A DNA stretch of 64,000 bases, taken from Octopus vulgaris. Its lineage: Eukaryota. Positions 13,706 to 25,777 of this stretch are shown piece after piece. Within the stretch, counting starts at the first letter, position 1, and each line of letters opens with the position of its first letter. Below the pieces are notes generated by a model. The model was given only the letters and a program-made list of their open reading frames with translations. It did not search any database and was not told where the DNA came from. The stretch spans positions 58,156,001 through 58,220,000 of the forward strand of contig OX597828.1 in the NCBI GenBank assembly GCA_951406725.2, given 5' to 3'. Made by a program: the position numbers and the translations under genes.

Positions 13706-15550
13706 GAGTGAGGGAGCAGTGCATACCATCAAAGAGACACTGGGGTAAAATATACGAAGCCCAGTATACCCATCATGACTACCCGTCTGATAAGGGTACA
13801 CCAGGCACATGCATCACAACCAGATGTGCATGACATGATCAAGTGGTTCACTCATAATTGTAAAACTGATTTCAATTCCTGGACTGGGTGGTACCTTCTG
13901 TTCTTGAGCAAAACACATCATTTCACATTGCTTCAGTCCATTCAACTGTAAATATGTAACCCTGCCATGGATTGGGGGGGGTGATCTCAGTTAATTATAT
14001 GCTGTGGAAACTGGATAACGTGAATTCTAGGGCTCAAATAAGTAATGTCCAGGAACGACTGATGCTATATTCCTGGAAAGCCTTTAACAGGATCCCACAC
14101 TCCCTTATATGGTGGTCAATGCAGAAGCTAGGGGTAGATGAGTGGTTAGAGAGAGCTGTACAAGCCATGTACAGGGATGCTGCTAATAAGGTGAAGGTTG
14201 GCAATGAGTATAAAAATGAATTCAGTGAACAGGTAGGAGTTCACCAAGGTTCAGTTCTCAGCCACCTCTTGTTTATCTTATTCCTCCAGGAATTAACAGA
14301 GGAATTCAAAACGTGACTATCCCTGGTCTTCTATGCTGATGATCTTGTTCTTAGAGCTGAATAACTACCTGACCTAGAGAAAAAATTTCAGGTGTGGAAG
14401 CAAAGCCTGGAATCTAAGGGCCTTAGAGTTAATTTAGCAAAAGCCAAAGTCCTAATTAGTAGGAAAACAGACAAATCACAAATCCCTTCTGGGAGATGGC
14501 CCTGCTTGATATGTAAGAAGGATATTGGTAGAAATTCCACATGTTGTACCCACTACAAGCTTTGGACATATATGAAGTGCAGCAGCAGTATCACAGAAAG
14601 ATTAATGGAGAATAGAGTCTTTGTGTGTGGCAAAGTTCAAATACAATAAGCACTAAAAATGTGCAGACAATAGACTCCTTCAAATAATCAGTGGGGTCAG
14701 TAGAAGTAGTAGATAGCTTCTGTTACCTAGAAGACCAAGTTAGTTGTGGAGGAGGAAGTTCTGAAAATGTAGTTGCCAGGATAAGAACAGGCTAGCAAAT
14801 TTTAAGAGCTCCTACCTTTGTTTGTAACTAAGGGTCTCTCTCTCAGAGTGAAAGGCAGATTGTATGATGCCTGTGTACGTACATATTTTAAATCAGCCAT
14901 GGCTTCCCATGACATAAGACTAATAGCTGAGAAGATTCTGACATACCATCAAAGCAATTATCCTCACATGATGCGTCAAAGGAAATCAGCAGAATTGCAT
15001 TGATACCAACAGATATGCCTTTTGAGATGGAATATTTTGGTTTCCAGCACAACAAAGCTTCTACCAGTAAAGATTATTTGCCAACATGAATTGGCAGTCC
15101 TGATTAGGACGACTGTTACTGTTACTGAATTTTCTCATTCAGGGTTTAGAAATGATAATTTTTCTCTTTATGAGGTCAGGGGTTGTGTGCCACTTTGAAA
15201 AGTATATATTTCACACAAGAATCTAGCATCTTCATAGGATTTTGAAAAAAAAAAAAAAGAAAAATTCAAGTCATTAATGCCTATTTGTTTGATTCTAAGA
15301 ATGGAATGGTAGTTCTTGCATAAGTAGAGTTTCAAAGTATACTCATTTATCACAGGGAATATTTCTATCTCCCTCTGCACTACAGCTCAATAATCATTGA
15401 CCCTGATATACTGGGTACATCAATCCTTATGACAGGTTAAGTATATAATGCCAGGTCATTCTGAGTGCTGCCGGCAATGTGTAATTCAATACAACCAATT
15501 GCATATTTGTTTTGCTGGTGACAACATGAGTTGCTAAAACCCAGCAGGTC

Positions 15551-15581
<31 letters not shown>

Positions 15582-15665
15582 TGTATGTATGTATGTATGT
15601 ATGTATGTATGTATGTATGTATGTATGTATGTATGTATGTATGTATGTATGTATCTATCTATCTA

Positions 15666-15715
<50 letters not shown>

Positions 15716-18700
15716 TACACATATACATACACACACACACTCACACACACACATACTCATACATACACACAAACACACTCACACACACGCACACACTTAT
15801 GTATATACATATAGACAGGCTTGATATAACTGTTTAGAACAGGAAAGAAGAATTATGAACAGCTGCCCTGCAGATATAAATATTTCTTTCGAAATCAGTG
15901 AGAAAAGAAAATAGATTTTGTAATGAACACAAAAAGAAGACAACACAGGAAGGACAAGTTTTGAAAGCTATAGTATTATTTTAATACTTAAAAAATGGGT
16001 GTCTTGATATTTTGGACACTAGTCCTTCATCAGAAAAATATGAAAGAACAAGAAAAGTTGATAGGGAAAATAAAAAGAATGAGAAGATCTAGTTAGGAAA
16101 AAAAAAGGTTGGGGGCCAGGTAGGGATGCCATTTTAAGGGGAATTAGGAAGAGGGAGAAGGCGAGACGGAGTGTGCAGGCATAGGAGGGTATTCATATAT
16201 TGACTTGAACATAGGAAAACATTGTGTGTGTGAGGTGGTATGGTGCACATCTGATTTCCGCAGTGGGTGTGTAAGGAATATACAGGGTGTCCCAGAGTTT
16301 ACTATTTATTTCATATCCCATTGGATTCCTTTGCCAAACTATTAAATAACAAAAGCATAAACAAACCAACAACAGTTGTCAGATGGTGGTGGGAATAAAT
16401 ACAGAGACAAACACACACACACACATATATACCATGGCTTCTTTCAGTTTCCATCTATCAAATCCACTCACAAGTCTTTGGTCAGCCTGAGGCTATAGTA
16501 GAAGACACTTGCCCAAGGTGTCACAAAGTGAGGCTAAACCTAGAATCATGTGATGTGGAAACAAGCTTCTTAATTCTTATTTCTTATTTCTTTATTGCCC
16601 ACAAGGGGCTAAACACAGAGAGGACAAACAAGGACAGACAAACGGATTAAGTCGATTACATTGACCCCAGTGCATAACTGGTACTTAATTTATCGACCCC
16701 AAAAAGATGAAAGGCAAAGTCAACCTCGGTGGAATTTGAATTCAGAACGTAGCGGCAGACGAAATACTTATTTCTTTACTACCCACAAGGAGCTAAACAT
16801 AGAGGGGACAAACAAGGACAGACAAACGGATTAAGTCAATTACATTGATCCCAGTGCATAACTGGTACTTAATTTATCGACCCCAAAAAGATGAAAGGCA
16901 AAGTCAACCTCGGTGGAATTTGAATTCAGAACGTAGCGGCAGATGAAATACCTATTTCTTTACTACCCACAAGGAGCTAAACATAGAGGGGACAAACAAG
17001 GACAGACAAACGGATTAAGTCAATTACATTGACCCCAGTGCATAACTGGTACTTAATTTATCGACCCCCAAAGGATGAAAGGCAAAGTCGACCTTGGCGG
17101 AATTTGAACTCAGAATGTAACAGCAGACGAAATACCACTAAGCATTTCGCATGCTAACGTTTCTGCCAGCTCACCGCTTCTTACCACACAGCCATGCTTG
17201 TGCCTAGATGTGAATAATTTAAAAAAAGAAAAAACTCCTCAACAAAATTTCTTTTCAAAACATTACAGAAAAAAAATCAAACTGTATGTTAGGTTTAGGG
17301 TTAGGGGTTAAGGCTAGGGTTTAGGTTGAGGGTGAGGATTTAAGGTTAGGGTTAGGGTTTGAGGTTACAGTTAGAGGTTAGGGTTTAGAGTTTAGGGTTC
17401 AAAGTTTAGGGATTGACTCATTGTCAAAGAAAATACACAGACTAAAAGAACATATTCATGATTGTGATGGTGGTTCGGGCAGCAGACTACAGCCTCACTT
17501 GTCACTATGGAAACAGGCACCAATATATCCGTGGCTTTCAAATGGCTAAAATTACCCAAAATTTGCAAACTTAAAAAGCTACAAACTTTTTTTATTTCTT
17601 AATTTATAGCAAAATAAGTTTCATTTTCATAAGTGGTATACAAAACTAAATCAGTACACCAAATTTGGAAACAACTGGAACAAAATTTCTAAAAAATAGG
17701 AAACTATGGCAGCAACAGAAAAGATCACAAAATTCCACTGATGTAGCTTTGTTTCTTTGCTAGAAACCAGCTTTTTCTTTATACAGGGTCTCCATCAGTC
17801 AAAGTTCACCATACAACTGCACGTGTATGTACAGGCTCAGGAGTGAGGATCTTTTCGGTTTGAACAGCAGTTTTTTCTAGCGGTGTCATATGAAATTGTC
17901 ACCCATAATTATGACCCTTGTATCGATCTATTGCATTTCAATCTATTTTAAGGTTAGGGTTAGGGGTGGGGGGAAGGATATCTTTTTTTCTTCACAAATG
18001 TAAATAAACCCAATCTGTTTCTTAAACGAGGGACATATTCATGCAGCACAGAATGTTTTTTACCTCAACAGACGTCAGTGATTGGTTGAAATTGCAGAAA
18101 TTGAAGAAAAAAACAACAAATATCTTACAAACTATAGAATTTTCTCAATAAAGCCAAGAGAAAAAGATGTTTTATAAACACATTCTACCAGTATACAACG
18201 TTTAAATTTTTTTAGTTAACTAGAAATTATGTTAAAAACTGCCGTTCAAACCGAAAAGATCCAGGAGTGATTTTTTTGTGAAAAAGACTGGCATTTTTCC
18301 ATACATGCAAGTCTCCCTTTTTTCCAAAGGAAAGACCATCAACATGGCTCAATACAGCTTGACACCAACATGTACCATTGGCATTACTGTTAGAGCACAA
18401 ATAACAGAAAATATAGCACAAGACATTTCACCAGACCCTCTATCAGTGCTACCACTTCTAGCAGCTCAGACTGGTACATATATTATATCAACCCCCAAAA
18501 GGACGACTGGCAAAGTTGATTTTGATGGGATTTAAACACAAAATGCAGAGAATCAGAATAACTGTTGGTGGGGAGTGGGGGGGAGGTATTCTATGCAATT
18601 CTCTAACCATTCTGCCAGTTTGCCACTTTCTTATATGTATTCTTTTATTCTTTTACTAGCACTATGACCTTGCAACGCCGGGTCATAGTGCTAGTGCATG

Positions 18701-20231
18701 CATATATAGCTGCGTGCATGCGCACATACACGTAAGTACTGTCTAAATCTCCAACCAATCACATACAGCTAGCTGGCATTCAATTGGCGTATCAAGTTTC
18801 GGGCATTTTGATTAGGTTTTGGATAGAAAATTCACAAAAAGGTCACTTCTATTGATTTTTTAATGGCTTTGCAGGGTGACTGGGGAAATGTAAAGATGTG
18901 CACGACCACCCTTGGACGGTTTTGAATGACCATAGAAAGTGCGAGCCCTCTAACTGAAAAATTGTGGATTTGTATAAAGGATACACACACAGACATTTTG
19001 CCGTTTATATAGAGAGAGATTTCCTTCAGTCATTCAACACTGGCCAAGCTGAAGCACCACCTTGAAGGGCTTTGGTCAATTAAATACACTTGCCCAAGGT
19101 ACAATATAGTGGAACTGAACCCAGAACCATGTGGTTGGGAAGCAAGCTTCTTACCACAAAGCCGTGGAGGCACATGGCCTGGTGGTTACAGCAGCCTACT
19201 CACGGTCACAGAATCACGGGTTCGAATCTCAGACCGGGTAATGTGTGTGTTTATGAGCGAAACACCTAAGCTCCACATGGCTCCGGCAGAAGGTAATGGT
19301 GAACTTCTGCTGACTCTTTTGCCACAACTTTCTCTCACTCTTTCCTCCTCCTGCATCTTGCAGCTCACCTGTGATGGACCGGTGTCCCATCCAAGTGGGG
19401 AACCTATATGCCAAGGAAACCGGAAAACCGGCCCTTATGATCCAGGCTTGGCTCGAGAAGGAACAAACCACAAAGCCACGCCTTGTACATATATACAATC
19501 ATATATTCATATATACACAATCATAAATACACATATATATACACAAATATACATACACACACATACAAATCAACCTTAGCACTTATTTCTTAAGCCTAGT
19601 ATTTATTCTACTGGTCCCTTTTGCCAAACTCCTTAGCTATGGGGCATAAAAACACCAACACTGGTTTCAAACGGTGATGGTTGGGGACAGACACAGAGAC
19701 AAACACAAATATATACACACATATATATATATGACAGGCTTCTTTCAGTTTCTCTCTACCAAATCCACCTCCAAGATGTTGGGTAGTCGATGGTTATAGT
19801 AGAATACACTTGCCCAAGGTACCATGCAGTGGGACTGAACCCGGAACCATGTGGTTGGGAAGCAAGCTTCTTACCACAAAGCCACGCCTTGTACATATAC
19901 AAAATTATATCTTCATATATACACAATCATATATACATATATATATATACATAAATATAGATACACACATACATACCTACATACATATATACAGACATAC
20001 ATATACATATATATTTACATATGTATTTTCTAAGGAAAAAAAAAACAACAAATTAGCTCACGTCCTCCAAATTTAATCAATTAGAGGGTGCAGTGAAGAT
20101 TTGCTAAACATCTCAGGAGTTCTCCATCTGAGTTTCCTACAATGCACACACACATACATGTATATACATACACACACACACACATGTATATACATACACA
20201 CACACACATATATATACATATACATACACAC

Positions 20232-20290
<59 letters not shown>

Positions 20291-20588
20291 CGTGACTGAC
20301 CAGGCTATCAGATGTTGCTACACATCGCTGGTCACAATGCACTTCGCATTGTTTTTTAGCCTTAAAATGACGCCACCCCTCTGTCTAAGCAAGCAGGCCA
20401 ACAGAAGAAAGAGTGAGAGGAAGTTGTGGCGAAAGAGTACAGCAGGGATCGCCACCACCCCCTGCCGGAGCCTCATGGAGCTTTAGGTGTTTTCACTCAA
20501 TAAACACTCACAATGCCCAGTCTGAGGATCGAAACCGCGATCCTACGACCGCAAGTCCGCTGCCCTAATCACTGGGCCATTGCACCTC

Positions 20589-20665
<77 letters not shown>

Positions 20666-21240
20666 GCACAGGAGTGGATGTGTGGTAAGTAGCTTGCTTA
20701 CTAACCACATGGTTCTGGGTCAGTCCCACTGTGTGGCACCTTGGGCAAGTGTCTTCTACTATAGCCTCGGACCGACCAAAGCCTTGTGAGTGGATTTGGT
20801 AGACGGAAACTGAAAGAAGCCCGGCGTGTATGTATATATCTATATATATATGTGTGTGTGTGTATGTATATCTTTGTGATTCTGTGTTTGTCTCCCCCAC
20901 TATCACTTGACAACCGATGTTGGTGTGTCTATGACCCCGTAACTTAGCGGTTCGGCAAAAAAGACCAATAGAATAAGTACTAGGCTTACAAAGAATAGAG
21001 GTGGTGCTCCAGCATGGCCGCTGTCAAATGACTGAAACAAGTAAAAGAAAGAATATATACACATATGTACTTATATACATACACACACACACAGAGTATA
21101 CACCAGCCACTCTTGAACTTACTGTGTAGCCATGTAAACAATAAGAACTCTATGGAGAAAGTTCTTCTCTTACCTTTTTCTAATATTCCACTGACCGTTG
21201 GTAACTTGCTTTCCGAAACTTCTCGGTAAAACTCATCCAT
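5379..21240 (-). CDS. CCDC81: CCDC81 (coiled-coil domain-containing 81, N-terminal HU-like domains), partial gene model: exons 21174-21240, 12716-12777, 11070-11223, 8174-8430, 5379-5449; 3' part not resolved in window
   Basis: Spliced translation MDEFYREVSESKLPTVSGILEKDVHLIWECVSDFIEKQMSLHKGVHISGLGTFSFSQQKIDTGNKQ..RPVFVFSERL..TPGNIHIVNMNYATIAFETNFSRDVAENCVKELL..KNVDLIFNKIGRLSVRRKKCKMKFYKQF..QQRFDTPDSVV resembles the vertebrate CCDC81 N-terminus as recalled (IWGNVSEFVRRQLTLHKGVQIPAFGTF..RPVF..NRDVVEGCVKE..KMRFYKDF). All introns are GT-AG with compatible phases. Confidence 0.9.
6319..6961. mobile_element. MITE with TIRs, interrupted by a SINE (~6505-6740)
   Basis: GGTACTTTTTGGTTATCTCACCCCCATTAAAAAA ... 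TTTTTTAATGGGGGTGAGATATAACCAAAAGGTACC. Confidence 0.75.
7045..8015 (+). mobile_element. Internally deleted mariner (DD34D) element, transposase pseudogene
   Basis: TIRs TTGGGTCATCTCATAAATAATG / CATTATTTTTGGGATGACCCAG flanked by TA; broken ORFs with GQWVPRKF (WVPHEL-like) and HPPYSTDIAPSDYHLF. Confidence 0.92.
8174..8430 (-). CDS. CCDC81: CCDC81 coding exon 4 (GNIHIVNMNY...LVQAMQQ)
   Basis: Within ORF 8165..8542; tag acceptor, gtaag donor; second HU-like repeat (F..IG.L). Confidence 0.9.
8556..8775 (-). mobile_element. Penelope-like fold-back element with (TTA)n loop and truncated hammerhead
   Basis: 53-bp inverted arms 8622-8674 / 8723-8775; minus strand ACAC-CTGATGA-CGGCT-GAAA-TG-TT-GGGT. 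Confidence 0.55.
11070..11223 (-). CDS. CCDC81: CCDC81 coding exon 3 (GVHISGLGTFSF...KPFTP)
   Basis: Within ORF 11053..11313; AG/GTAAG boundaries; HU-like V.I.GLGTF motif. Confidence 0.9.
12716..12777 (-). CDS. CCDC81: CCDC81 coding exon 2 (DVHLIWECVSDFIEKQMSLHK)
   Basis: ttttcag acceptor, gtaagt donor, 62 nt, in frame. Confidence 0.88.
14065..14880 (+). mobile_element. RTE-like non-LTR retrotransposon fragment (RT domain plus C-terminal Cys-rich region), frameshifted
   Basis: KAFNRIPH..GVHQGSVLSHLLF..YADDLV RT motifs; WKQSLESKGLRVN; WPCLICKK. Confidence 0.88.
16572..17180 (-). mobile_element. tRNA-derived SINE family B (Nin/Deu-like domain), head-to-tail trimer. Dimers at 10438-10822(+) and 28853-29265(-); monomers e.g. 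21648-21880, 49805-50015, 54405-54620
   Basis: GCTGGCAGAAACGTTAGC head, GAGTTCAAATTCC B-box, GCCTTTCATCCTTTCGGGGTCGATAAA central domain; ~178-bp tandem units. Confidence 0.85.
17289..17411 (+). repeat. Degenerate interstitial TTAGGG-like tract
   Basis: TTAGGTTTAGGGTTAGGGGTTAAGGCTAGGGTTTAGG...GGTTAGGGTTAGGG. Confidence 0.8.
17847..18262. mobile_element. MITE with GG-starting TIRs and 8-bp TSD (Merlin- or hAT-like) containing TTAGGG units
   Basis: TIRs GGATCTTTTCGGTTTGAAC / GTTCAAACCGAAAAGATCC; TSD AGGAGTGA at 17839-17846 and 18263-18270. Confidence 0.85.
18656..19019 (-). mobile_element. Non-autonomous Helitron copy 1
   Basis: On the minus strand A|TC...CTAG|T ends with a 3' hairpin (ACTAGCACTATGACC...GGTCATAGTGCTAGT); near-identical copy at 43196-43592. 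Confidence 0.8.
20287..20590 (-). mobile_element. tRNA-derived SINE family C (other copies 583-812, 19165-19470, 28405-28733)
   Basis: GGAGGTGCAATGGCCCAGTGATTAGGGCAGCG..GGTTTCGATCC head; shared ACACCTAAAGCTCCA..GGCTCCGGCAG core. Confidence 0.75.
21174..21240 (-). CDS. CCDC81: CCDC81 coding exon 1 (MDEFYREVSESKLPTVSGILEK)
   Basis: ATG at 21240; donor GTAAG after 21174; phase 1 fits the next exon. Confidence 0.75.
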
Positions 21241-21269
21241 TTCTGCTGTGGCCAGTTGTTGTTCCTTTG

Positions 21270-21315
<46 letters not shown>

Positions 21316-22694
21316 TAGCTTGTATTTGTTTGTTCGACTTACTGAGGCAAGTTTTGCAACAAATATATTTATACATATACATATATTTTCCCAGTTTATA
21401 TTCCTGTATGTTATATTTTAATAATTACTGGTATCTTTATATACTAATATATTTTATATGCAAAGCATAATATATTATACATGTAAGTATATTCTTGTAA
21501 TTGTCAGTTTAGTAAATAAATAAGTTGACAAAATATAATGTCTAAAAGTTGATGAACCACCGATTGATCCCCTCCATTTTCTTATTGCTCTCTCTCTCTC
21601 TATATATATATATATATGTATATGTGTGTGTGTATATATAGGGAGAAAGGTGGTGAGCTGGCAGACACGTTAGTGCGCCGGGCGAAATGCTTAGCGGTAT
21701 TTCGTCTGTCACTACATTTTGAGTTCAAATTCTGCCGAGGTCAACTTTGCCTTTCATCCTATCGGGGTCGATAAATAAAGTACCAGTTTCGCACAGGGAG
21801 GTCGATATAATCGACTTAATCCCTTTGTCTGTCCTTGTTTATCCTCTCTATGTTTAGCCCCTTGTGGGCAATAAAGAAATATATATATAGGGAGAGAAAG
21901 TGAAAGAGAGAGAGAGAGAGAAGGAGGGTAGGTAGATTGATAGTTAAAATGTAATTAACTTATTCATATAAAAGAAAGTTTCTACCGTAAATTTATTATG
22001 TTCCACAGATTTTTTATGTTGTTTTGTATGTTTTTGCCTTATTTAACCCTCGGTCAGGCTTCAGGGAATAAGCTTATGATTAGGTTATGTTTCCAGCCAT
22101 GACCATCCCATGTTTTCCTTCCATGCATCATGTATTTAATCCTATATCGACTAACGTAACTGAAGTCTTAAATATAATTCTGCTTTCAGACGGTGGAATG
22201 TATTTGAAGATGAATTTGGCTGCTATTTCTAAAGTCTCAAGTCACCATGCAGGGAGAGGCTCGTGTGTGGCTGTTGTTGATGTCGTTGCTCTTTTGGTGC
22301 TGTTGTGTTTGTTGTTGTCGACTGCTGACAACAGAAGTGCAACGGGAGGAGAGGTTGAGGTCAGCTGCAGCAGTGGAAATGAAACTAAACGAACTGGAAG
22401 TAAAATATTCATTTGTCACCAGTTATATAAGCACACACACACACACACACGCACACACACACACACACATGTATGCACATACACGTACACTCAAAAACTC
22501 ACAATGAAAGAGGGGGGGGTATATTTAGTTGAACTTGTTCTTGTTAAAGATACTGTAATCGTTGCTAAGGAGAGGTGTGTATGTGTATGTGTGTAAGAGA
22601 GAGAGTGAGAGGGGGAGGGAGGGAAAGAGAGACAGAGAGAGAGAGAAAGGTTATTCTTTTCCGAGGCCGAAGGGGTACAACCTGTATATTTCTT

Positions 22695-22707
22695 GTCGCT
22701 AGACAAC
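22695..22707. promoter_or_regulatory. Candidate RFX X-box GTCGCTAGACAAC upstream of CCDC81 (second near-match GTTGCTAAGGAGAG at 22561-22574)
   Basis: Fits the palindromic GTNNYY-N1-2-RRNAAC X-box pattern, ~1.4 kb upstream of the ATG, beside a plausible 5'UTR exon (~22245-22400). Confidence 0.5.
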
Positions 22708-22779
22708 GCTTACCAAGACACGATCTACCCACAAACACATGGACACTAACTTTCATGCTTGTGTGTTTGGGTGTATGCA

Positions 22780-22799
22780 TATGTGTTTGGGTGTATATA

Positions 22800-22843
<44 letters not shown>

Positions 22844-23170
22844 GGTCCCGGGTTGAGTCGGGGTTAACCACAGTAAATAAGGTACTCAATACATAGCAGA
22901 GTAAATTAATTTATTTTATAGAATAAATATATATATATATAAACACACATACATACATACATATATATATGTATCCATACATACATACATACATACATAC
23001 ATGTATCCATATATATGCATACATAATATATATATATATATATACACATACACATATGCAGTGCAAAAATATATATATATATGCATATATATATATATAT
23101 ATATATATACAATCTGACTTAACTCTGGCCAAAACTTTGAAGTTATTGTCAACAATATTCTTAAGAACAC

Positions 23171-23245
<75 letters not shown>

Positions 23246-23367
23246 GTATGTGTGTATATATATATATGTATGTATGTATATATATACACACACACAAATA
23301 TATATACATGTGTGTGTGTATGTATGTATTTATATATATATACATGAATATATATACACACATATAC

Positions 23368-23403
<36 letters not shown>

Positions 23404-23445
23404 ATCCCCATATATATATATGTGTGTGTGTGTATATGTATATAT

Positions 23446-23483
<38 letters not shown>

Positions 23484-23525
23484 ATATGTACATAAATACA
23501 CACACACACGCACACACACACACTT
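22780..23525. repeat. Compound (TA)/(TG)/(CA)/(CT) microsatellite field (similar fields at 15550-15810, 20145-20285, 24135-24320, 52225-52395)
   Basis: Direct inspection. Confidence 0.95.
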
Positions 23526-24136
23526 AAAGTATACACAACTTGCTGCGTTCACTCCAGTTTCTCTAAATAACAAGTTAAATAAATAATGTCCACCTTTTTT
23601 TTATTTTTTTATCAAACATAGTGAGGGGAAGGAAAGAGGGGAGAAAGAAAGAAAGGCCGAAAGAAAGAAAGAAAGAAAAAAAGAAAGAAAGTGAAACAAG
23701 AAGAAAGAGAGCCAAAGTACTGTCCGAGTGCAGAGAGGGGGAAGTAAGGAGTCATCAGATGTTGGTGTTTAATTGCTGTGGCTGGGCAGGAGTAAATAAA
23801 CCAGCCTTGAGATAAATCCTACTGCTTTATCTGGTACAAGTATTTAGCTTTATTAATTTCTCTAAGCTTGGAGGACGTTGTTTAAGATATGGGCATGTTT
23901 CAATATGTTAAGGGATTAAGGAAATACGTGCTTTTTTAAAACTTTTGCTTATTTCTGTCATTGGACTGTGGCCATGCTGCGGCACCGACTCGTTAGGTTT
24001 TAGTCAAATGAATTGACCTCGGTACACTTTTTTAAGCTTGGTACTTAATCTACCGGTCTCTTTTGCTGAACTACTATATTACAGGACGTAAACAAACCAA
24101 CACTGGTTGTGAAGCAGAAGTCAGAGAGAAACACAG

Positions 24137-24298
<162 letters not shown>

Positions 24299-24491
24299 TA
24301 TACATATATATATATATATATCATCATCATCATCATCGTTTAACGTCAGTTCTCCATGCTAGCATGGGTTGGACGGTTCGACCGGGGTTCTGGGAAGCCA
24401 GAAGGCTGCACCAGGCTCCAGTCTAATCTGGCAATGTTTCTACAGCTGGATGCCCTTCCTAACGCCAACCACTCCGTGAGTGTAGTGGGTG

Positions 24492-24529
<38 letters not shown>

Positions 24530-24585
24530 GTATACATACATACACATACATATAGATATATATAAGTATATACACACACATATAT

Positions 24586-24651
<66 letters not shown>

Positions 24652-25408
24652 ATAAGTGAAATTTATAGAAAAACAAAAGAGGAAGACAGATGCATGAACA
24701 ACAAGCAAGTGTATTAGTTTGACGCTCGGGAAAAATGAAAAAGTCTTTTACATTTTGAGCTTATGCTCTTCAACAGAAAGGAATAGAGAAAATAAACACA
24801 GAGAGAGTGAAAAAAACTTGTATATATAATAAACACTAGACAGGAATAGGCTATGAGATGTCAACACTGGACAAAACATACATTTAAACGATTTAAATAA
24901 ACATAACTTACTTTCTATAGTAATTATATTAGTTAAGATAATGATTGTGATAATTAATGATATGCAAACAATGCTAATAAATATAATTATATTAATAATA
25001 ACAACAATATTAATTGAGGGTATAAACCCAAAATAAGTGAAATACCTCTGAATAAATAATGTACTCTATACAGTAAAATGTAAAGAAAACTGCTACAATT
25101 AATTGTAATATAAATAAATGTTTTAAAACCATTATTCAACTGTAATACTAGAAGAGGTGATTATTATAAGACTAGGACTCAATTCAATTTAAAAAGTAAT
25201 GCTGTCACCTTCAACTGAATACCAAAGTGGGAAGATTGTTTGAATTAGTTCACTTTGAAAACGACAAGATGCACCGTTGGTGAAATTGCAAACAGAGCAT
25301 TGTGCAGTTGCTGCAGAAGAAACATATGTTGGTCATTTTTATCTATATATGCTGAAGAAAACATTTTAATAAAAAAGTTTTGCATGTAAATAAATCTCTA
25401 TGCTTTTC

Positions 25409-25454
<46 letters not shown>

Positions 25455-25464
25455 GCATAAATAA

Positions 25465-25496
<32 letters not shown>

Positions 25497-25497
<1 letters not shown>

Positions 25498-25721
25498 GAG
25501 GTGCATGGCTTAGTGGTTAGGGTGTCAGCATCATGATTGTAAGATTGTGGTTTCGATTCCTGGACTGGGCGACGTGTTATGTTCTTAAGCAAAACACTTC
25601 ATTTCACATTGCTCCAGTCCACTCAGCTGGCAAAAATGAGTAACTGTCCAGCTAGGGAACACATACGCCATTGAAACCAAGAAACCGGGCCCATGAGCCT
25701 GGCTAGGCTTTAAAAGGGCGC

Positions 25722-25727
<6 letters not shown>
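25497..25727 (+). mobile_element. tRNA-derived SINE family D; inverted partner at 26388-26635
   Basis: GGAGGTGCATGGCTTAGTGGTTAGGG..GGTTTCGATTCC head; reverse-complement copy ~660 bp downstream. Confidence 0.75.
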
Positions 25728-25761
<34 letters not shown>

Positions 25762-25777
25762 GTGTGTGTGTTTTTTC

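Noticed and set aside
16572-17180. Tandem ~178-bp units as a CRISPR-like array
   Set aside because: Whole units repeat with no unique spacers; they are SINE bodies in a eukaryotic context.
17289-17411. Chromosome end or fusion site
   Set aside because: Short, degenerate, single orientation and located inside an intron.
20500-20590. tRNA-like SINE heads as tRNA genes (also 25497, 28690, 52060)
   Set aside because: A/B boxes are followed by SINE bodies and tails; no complete cloverleaf.
22087-22596. 169-aa plus-strand ORF
   Set aside because: Runs through repeat and microsatellite sequence with no recognisable domain; more likely the antisense of the CCDC81 5'UTR/promoter.
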